Shown piece by piece: positions 26,665-32,000 of a DNA stretch of 32,000 nt. How positions within the stretch are numbered: position 1 is the stretch's first letter; every line of letters starts with the position of its first letter. The translations under genes and the position numbers were made by a program. The notes beneath the pieces were generated by a model, which worked only from the letters and a program-made list of their open reading frames with translations, was not told where the DNA came from and searched no databases. The stretch spans positions 43,995-75,994 of the forward strand of contig NZ_JAYKGW010000128.1 in assembly GCF_035285525.1 (NCBI RefSeq). The letters are read 5' to 3'. This stretch comes from Okeania sp. GTDB taxonomy: Bacteria; Cyanobacteriota; Cyanobacteriia; Cyanobacteriales; Microcoleaceae.

Positions 26665-27186
26665 TTAGGGCTTGCTGAAAAAGCCTGGTAGTGAACCAAG
26701 GAAAAAGGGAAAGGGAACAGGAAACAGTTTAGGCTATCTGCTACGGCAAAATTTTCTGATCATCAGAGTCAAAATTCTACCATTTTGAGATGACAAGAGC
26801 TAAAACCTACATTCCGCTTTCCCATCTAAAAAGAATCAAAGTTTTTATTTACTAATACTTTGAGGTTTAGGGTTTGCGCTTCTTCAGTCTTTTGGTGAAG
26901 GTAGGGAGTAGGAAGTAGGGAAGGGAGTCGTAGGGACGCTCTTATCCAACGTCCGTAAAGAGTTAAGAGAGATAGGAGTTATAGAGAAGTTGGCCGGAAA
27001 AAGAGAAAAAGAGTAAGAGTGATTCTTCTATCATAGTTAGCCAAAAATGATCAATTTTTGATTTTTCGGGAACCATACCTCAGTAGCCTAAAAGTTCACA
27101 CTTTTTGCTACCTAAAAACCCTAAAACCTTTATCTATAAATGCTTCTATATTTATTCAGCTAGACCTATTTAATCAGCAAAACCTA
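26665..27186. mobile_element. Two adjacent family D elements or fragments (26665 to about 26866, and 26867-27186)
   Basis: ttagggcttgctga starts at 26665. ttagggtttgcgcttcttcag at 26867 runs to atttaatcagcaaaaccta at 27186. Internal blocks gatttttcgggaaccatac and cctaaaagttcac are present. Confidence 0.55.
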
Positions 27187-27251
27187 TACAGAGACTCTAA
27201 AAAATAAACTTACTCTATTGCTTGAATATATAAGTCCTAATATTATCATTA

Positions 27252-27324
27252 AGCCGATGAGGAGACTCGAACTCCTGACCGTTCGATTACAAGTCGAGTG
27301 CTCTACCAACTGAGCTACATCGGC
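27252..27324 (-). tRNA. tRNA-Thr (anticodon UGU)
   Basis: The reverse complement is GCCGATGTAGCTCAGTTGGTAGAGCACTCGACTTGTAATCGAACGGTCAGGAGTTCGAGTCTCCTCATCGGCT. It folds as a cloverleaf: acceptor GCCGATG/CATCGGC, D stem GCTC/GAGC, anticodon loop CTTGTAA, T arm AGGAG-TTCGAGT-CTCCT. CCA is not encoded. Confidence 0.92.
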
Positions 27325-27383
27325 AACGTTTTTAACTATAGCAAACCTAAAGCTATTTTGGCAACCCTTTTTTTTCTTTTAAA

Positions 27384-27764
27384 TCAAATTTCTTTTAAAT
27401 AGCTTAACAAATCGGCCATTTCTTGCTCATTGGGCTGAAATTGGGGCATAGGTGGTGTTTGGCCACTAACTACTTGGTTAATAATTGCCACATCCGACTT
27501 ACGTTGAGAAACTCCTTCTAAACTTGGCCCGACTTGGTTATCTGTAGGCCATTCGTGACAACCTGCACAGTTCATTAGAAAAATTGCTTGGCCTTTGCTT
27601 AAATCTCCCTGGAGGGACAATACATTTTTGGTATAGGGATCAGAAACCTGAAATTGATTAAGTCCTAGAATTATAAATAGAATTGCTAAGAGAACAGCAA
27701 GACCAACTAAGCTAATCCACTGTAGTAGGGTTTCTTTTTTAGTGTCAGCAAGTTGGTTATCCAA
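27384..27764 (-). CDS. Membrane-anchored class I c-type cytochrome (CytM-like)
   Basis: 126 aa. The N-terminal TM helix is WISLVGLAVLLAILFIILGL and the haem motif is CAGCH. A distal MP (PPMPQF) is a candidate Met ligand. Confidence 0.75.
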   Translation of the reverse strand: MDNQLADTKKETLLQWISLVGLAVLLAILFIILGLNQFQVSDPYTKNVLSLQGDLSKGQAIFLMNCAGCHEWPTDNQVGPSLEGVSQRKSDVAIINQVVSGQTPPMPQFQPNEQEMADLLSYLKEI

Positions 27765-28071
27765 AATCTTTAATATCTCAACAACTATCTACAAGAAAGT
27801 TTAATATCAATTTACACACCTTAACAGTTTTCATACTCTTAGGGCAAGATTTTTCTGCAAAGTTAAAAGTTTACAAAAATATACAGGGCTTATCGTTGCC
27901 CATGAGCTAAAATTAAATAAATTTTGACACAGTAAATAGAGTTGGCTTGTTCCCCATTACCCTATCTATACTCTTGCTTAAGGCCATTTTTAAAGATGTC
28001 ACTCCAGCTTCAAAATAAGTAGTAGTATTAATAAATAACAAACAAAAATTTTAATTAAAGGAGTTAGCTTC

Positions 28072-28188
28072 GTGGTAGAACCATTACTTTCCGGAATTGT
28101 ACTAGGTCTAATCCTCGTAACTTTGGCAGGACTATTTTTTGCAGCCTACCAACAATATAGACGAGGCAACCAATTAAATATCGACTAA
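28072..28188 (+). CDS. petG: Cytochrome b6-f complex subunit 5
   Basis: GTG-initiated 38-aa ORF (M)[37 protein letters not shown], matching PetG ([22 protein letters not shown]). The SD-like aaaggag lies at 28058-28064. Not in the ORF track. Confidence 0.9.
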   Translation: MVEPLLSGIVLGLILVTLAGLFFAAYQQYRRGNQLNID

Positions 28189-28190
28189 AA

Positions 28191-28745
28191 CTATATTTTG
28201 TCTTCTTTTGGACAAAAGAAAGTTAAAGCTGTATTGCCATAGACTTTCTCCCGACATATTTCTAAAGTGGGAATTGATTTAATTGGCCATCTTTCGGGAC
28301 TATGTTCCACTGCTATCTCGCTGGTTGGTGCAAGAAGTTGATATTGAGCGATCGCCTCTAAGACTGGTTGATATAAGTCACTAGCATAAGGGGGATCAAA
28401 ATAAATCAAATCAAACTGCTGCCCTTCCAGCACTTTTAACCGTTTTAACACATCTCCCTGCAACACCTGAAATTCCTGGGATGAGCTGGCCACCAGTTCC
28501 AAATTTTGGCGTATTATAGCACAAGCTGGGTTATATTTTTCGATGGCGATCGCTAAGGATGCTCCTCTACATAAAGCTTCTGCACCCATTGAACCTATAC
28601 CGGCGCATATATCTAGCCATCGACATCCATCTATATTATTTTGCCAGATATTAAAGACGGCTTCTCGTACTTTAGCTAAAGTAGGACGAGTTGTCATTCC
28701 TGGTAAGGTTTTTAATTGGCGGTTTCCATATATTCTTAAGTTCAT
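28191..28745 (-). CDS. rsmD: 16S rRNA (guanine966-N2)-methyltransferase
   Basis: 184 aa: RIYGNRQLKTLPG..TRPT, LDICAGIGSMGAEAL (SAM motif I), YFDPPY. Confidence 0.88.
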   Translation of the reverse strand: MNLRIYGNRQLKTLPGMTTRPTLAKVREAVFNIWQNNIDGCRWLDICAGIGSMGAEALCRGASLAIAIEKYNPACAIIRQNLELVASSSQEFQVLQGDVLKRLKVLEGQQFDLIYFDPPYASDLYQPVLEAIAQYQLLAPTSEIAVEHSPERWPIKSIPTLEICREKVYGNTALTFFCPKEDKI

Positions 28746-28766
28746 AGGAGAGAGGGAGTAGCTTAC

Positions 28767-28801
28767 TAATGAATAATGAATAATGAATAATGAATAATGA
28801 A
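28767..28801. repeat. Heptamer STRR (TAATGAA x5) upstream of rsmD
   Basis: Read directly. Confidence 0.9.
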
Positions 28802-28804
28802 TAA

Positions 28805-29066
28805 TTAGGGTTTCCTGATTTATCGGGAACCGTAAAAGTCTTTTCTTTTTTTTAGGGTAGGGAGTAGGGAGTAGTTAAGAGTAAGGATAAGTGGGAAGTT
28901 ACAGATAAATTAGTTGAAAAAATAGTTTCTTAATTTTTCTGTCCTACTTAATGTAAAACCCTAATTTTTTCAACCCTAACCACCTAAAAACTTGTACTTT
29001 ATTCCGACTATAAAAAGACTCAAGTTTTTATCTATAAATACTTTTATTTTAATCAGCAAGTCCTAA
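28805..29066. mobile_element. Family D MITE-like element, apparently complete (262 bp)
   Basis: The ends are ttagggtttcctgatttatcgggaaccgtaaaag and ttttaatcagcaagtcctaa. The internal block is gggtagggagtagggagtag. Confidence 0.65.
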
Positions 29067-29142
29067 TTGATTTTTCTAAGTTTTAAGCATCTCATTTTGT
29101 AATTTATTAGTTTGAAATATTTGGAGATTTTCCAGAGTTATT

Positions 29143-29787
29143 TTAGTTAGCCAAAGCGAAATTTTTAGGGATAACTTTACTAACAAAATTTGACAAAATT
29201 TGTAATCCAATAGTGGAAGATTTTTCTGGGTGAAATTGTACTGCCATTAAGTTATCTTTTGCAACTGCTGCAGTAACAATTTGATTACCATGAGTAACAG
29301 TTGCTGATGTAACTTGAGAATCTGTGGGATCGACATAATAAGAATGAACAAAATATACCCAAGGTTGAGAACCTATTTCGCTCCATAAAGGATGTTTTGG
29401 TTGAGTAAATTGTAGTTTATTCCAACCCATTTGTGGAATTGTTAGATCGGGTTCAGATTTAAACCGACGTACTTTTCCAGAAATTATTCCTAAACCTGGT
29501 TCTTGACCTTCTTCGCTACTTTCAAATAATATTTGTAAGCCTAAACATATTCCTAAAAATGGTTTTCCGGAAGCAATAGTTTGTTTAATAGGTGTTTCTA
29601 AGTTGCGTATTCTTAAATGTTGTACTGCTGGATCGAAGGAACCTACTCCTGGTAAAATAATTGCATCAGCTTTATCTATTTCTATAGTAGAATCTGTAAT
29701 TTTTGGGGTTGCTCCTACTTTTTCTAAGCCTTTACAAACGGAGTGCAAGTTACCCATATCGTAATCTATAATTGCAATGATTGGCAT
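29143..29787 (-). CDS. hisH: Imidazole glycerol phosphate synthase, glutamine amidotransferase subunit
   Basis: 214 aa: IAIIDYDMGNLHSV, LPGVGSF, GICLGLQ (catalytic Cys), VHSYY, QFHPEKS. Confidence 0.93.
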   Translation of the reverse strand: MPIIAIIDYDMGNLHSVCKGLEKVGATPKITDSTIEIDKADAIILPGVGSFDPAVQHLRIRNLETPIKQTIASGKPFLGICLGLQILFESSEEGQEPGLGIISGKVRRFKSEPDLTIPQMGWNKLQFTQPKHPLWSEIGSQPWVYFVHSYYVDPTDSQVTSATVTHGNQIVTAAVAKDNLMAVQFHPEKSSTIGLQILSNFVSKVIPKNFALAN

Positions 29788-30219
29788 TAATTTATTTCCC
29801 TTATTTTGGATTTGGTAATTTATAAGTATTCAACTATGAGTTACCAATGGATAATTGATAATTAATTCCCAGAAGTTTAAAGCTTCATATTTAATTATCT
29901 TGGTTTTAACCAGAGCTAATGATTCATTATTAATTATCAATTAATGAAGGTAACTTTGATATTATAGTCCAATATGGCTTTCTTTCCTGCGGAATACTGT
30001 GCAAAAAGATACAATTACCATAAACTTTGCTATATTTGGATTTGATACTTATAGATATTATTTGTTCAAGCAAATGCTTGATAGAGTGGTAACTTCGGTT
30101 ATCAAAGAAAGTGACTTTGCTAGCTTCCAAGTATAACAAGACTTTTAAGCGTTGGTATAAGACCATAACTTACAAGTATCGATCTATAGACTCATATACT
30201 TTCTTTCCTTCTTTAAAGC

Positions 30220-30729
30220 ATGAAAATTAAAATTTTATTTACATCTTTTGATACCTGGAAAACTGAACAAACATCTAATTCTTCTGATGATTTACTTGGT
30301 TTGATATCTACTCAAGAATTAACTGATTATTCTCTAAGTTTTATCAGAAAGTTGCCTGTTGATTCAGTGGTTGCTCCAGAAATTGTGATTTCTCAAATAG
30401 ACAAATTTAAACCAGATATAATAGTCTGTTGTGGCATGGCAGAAGCACGAGACATTTTGACTATAGAATCTCAGGCTTGTAGTGGAGAAAGGGTTATGAA
30501 AACTTCTGTTGATTTGTCAAAATTAGTGGTCGATTTACATGGAACAAAAATTAGTAATGATGCTGGAAAATTTGTTTGTGAAGATTTATATTATTCGGTT
30601 TTAAAGTATCTTGATGATTGTTGTTTAAAAACCAAATGTATCTTTGTTCATGTACCTATATTAACGGCAGTTAATCAGGATTTAATTGTGGCAGATTTTC
30701 TCAATATTTTGTCAAAAATATCTCCTTAA
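30220..30729 (+). CDS. Peptidase C15 (pyroglutamyl-peptidase I)-like family protein, short form
   Basis: 169 aa: ILFTSFDTW...NSS, IIVCCGMAEARDILTIES (Glu), AGKFVCEDLYYS (Cys), IFVHVP (His). The layout parallels the Pcp catalytic triad. Confidence 0.6.
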   Translation: MKIKILFTSFDTWKTEQTSNSSDDLLGLISTQELTDYSLSFIRKLPVDSVVAPEIVISQIDKFKPDIIVCCGMAEARDILTIESQACSGERVMKTSVDLSKLVVDLHGTKISNDAGKFVCEDLYYSVLKYLDDCCLKTKCIFVHVPILTAVNQDLIVADFLNILSKISP

Positions 30730-30814
30730 ACTTTTTGGGATTTAGTTAATTTGGTGGTGCGATTTTGATGAGCGATCGCTTTTCACTAAGTATAATTTTT
30801 AGTCCGCTAATTTT

Positions 30815-30975
30815 TTTGTTAATGTACCTATATTAACGGCAGTTAATCAGGATTTAATTGTGGCAGATTTTGTCAATATTTTGTCAAAAATATCAGGTGA
30901 AAAATTTTCGGTATTTAGTTAATTTGGTGGTGAGATTTTGATGAGCGATCGCTTTTCATTTAGTAAGTAAAATTA
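30815..30975 (+). repeat. Direct duplication (offset 172 nt) of the 3' end of the C15-like gene plus its downstream flank (source copy 30643-30800)
   Basis: tgtacctatattaacggcagttaatcaggatttaattgtggcagatttt(c/g)tcaatattttgtcaaaaatatc and tttagttaatttggtggtg(c/a)gattttgatgagcgatcgcttttca occur in both copies. Confidence 0.9.
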
Positions 30976-31815
30976 TTTATCAATTAATTTAAACCTAAAT
31001 TTAAGTAGATGATAAAGTTAGTAAAAAAAATAAATCTGAGAACCATTGACAAAAATTTTATATCTTTGCTATATTCAGAGAAGTATTATAGAACATTAGT
31101 ATCTATACCCATCTTGTGGGCTGCTGTCTCAGAGGTGGTAATGTTATAACACTACGGGCAAAACAGAGGTCAAAAGTTAAAAGTAATCTCTGACTAATTA
31201 AATTTATGAAGGTTTGCCAATATCCTAATATAAATGCTTAGTGTTATTAACTTCAGTTATATAGAATCCATTTAGATTGGTAACAAGATGCCATTTTTTT
31301 GGCAAAGCAGTTAGGAGATCGAAGAATGGAACAGGGAAAAATACAGAAAAATCTACCCATACTTATTATCTCCTCATCTTTCCACCTATTTTTAGGTAAC
31401 TGCCAAATAGATTCTATATCTTGATTTATATACAGATATATTTTTGCTAAATAGATAATTCAAAATACTGAATAATTAGCAATTAATTATCTAGTTTTAC
31501 TGAAAAGTGAATTCAAATCAAGATACACAACTGAACATAGACATTACCACCCATGAGACATCAGCTCAACCTAGTGCCACTTTAATATAGTGTTTACCTA
31601 GTTTGAGTGATTCTCATTTTATGAAGTTTTCTATAGAAAAATATCCCAATATTATTAGTGAGTCAGTAGTGACATTAGTTGTCGCTGTTGATTTCTATTT
31701 TTTGGGGAATTTTTATCAAAAAATGGGAGTTTTTTGAGTCATGTATTATTAGCACTATTGGTGATAGATATCTAATGTTCTGATGCTATTTTGTAAATTT
31801 ATCGGAACAAAAAAG

Positions 31816-32000
31816 ATGAAAAATCAACCTCTATCTATCTCATTATATTGGGATTATCAAAACGTTCGTATTAATAGTTTCAATCCTTATTTTGCCAGAT
31901 ATTGTCAAACTTTTGCTAACTTATATGGTAGTTTATTGAACCAAAGAGTATATAGTTATTGGCGAAAAGAAAATGAAAGTTATGAACAACGTTTATACGA
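31816..32000 (+). CDS. Partial ORF (5' part only), possibly an NYN/LabA-like domain protein
   Basis: MKNQPLSISLYWDYQNVRINSFNPYFARYCQTFANLYGSLLNQRVYSYWRKENESYEQRLY stays open to the window edge. The WDYQNV segment resembles the (F/W)xDYENV start of NYN-domain proteins. The basis is weak. Confidence 0.45.
   Translation, partial: MKNQPLSISLYWDYQNVRINSFNPYFARYCQTFANLYGSLLNQRVYSYWRKENESYEQRLY

Noticed and set aside
26665-27324. Integrated element or prophage end at tRNA-Thr
   Set aside because: No integrase or phage genes are present and the tRNA 3' end is not duplicated. The adjacent DNA is only family D repeats.
28543-28761. ORF 28543-28761 (+)
   Set aside because: It is antisense within rsmD.
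29930-30166. 78-aa ORF on the minus strand between hisH and the C15-like gene
   Set aside because: It has no SD sequence, no recognisable motif, and an AT-rich context in which ORFs of this size arise by chance. I cannot support it as a gene. It would need expression or conservation evidence.

Overview
The window looks like a filamentous cyanobacterial (Nostocales-like) chromosome segment. This is inferred from many HIP1 octamers GCGATCGC (e.g. 2862-2869, 5832-5839, 9934-9941, 30772-30779), heptamer STRR tandem repeats at gene boundaries, several MITE-like families, and cyanobacterial genes (psbM, petG, pentapeptide-repeat protein, PDZ/radical-SAM/DUF512 protein). It splits into two parts. 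(1) Positions 1-10000 look accessory, like a defence or conflict island. They hold a large multi-domain STAND-type NTPase (minus strand, absent from the ORF track because it runs off the left edge). Upstream and co-oriented is a 456-aa ORC/Cdc6-like AAA+ ATPase. There is also a decayed C-terminal gene remnant, and a divergent 1265-aa single-chain type IIG-like nuclease/N6-adenine methyltransferase followed by a 60-nt copy of an internal gene segment. (2) Positions 10300-32000 are core housekeeping genes: glgX, a peroxiredoxin-like/2OG-oxygenase fusion, PDZ-radical SAM, a TolC-family protein with a long N/Q-rich extension, a 2Fe-2S protein, psbM, tandem USP, a hot-dog thioesterase, yebC-family, a histidine phosphatase, a pentapeptide protein, tRNA-Thr(UGU), a membrane-anchored c-type cytochrome, petG, rsmD, hisH, a C15-like peptidase and a partial NYN-like ORF. 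Almost every intergenic spacer in this part is filled with dispersed repeats. psbM and petG (<60 aa) and both edge-truncated ORFs are missing from the supplied track. I cannot demonstrate a new system from sequence alone. The best candidate is the ATPase / type IIG / STAND cluster at 1-9922, and all functional links there are hypotheses.
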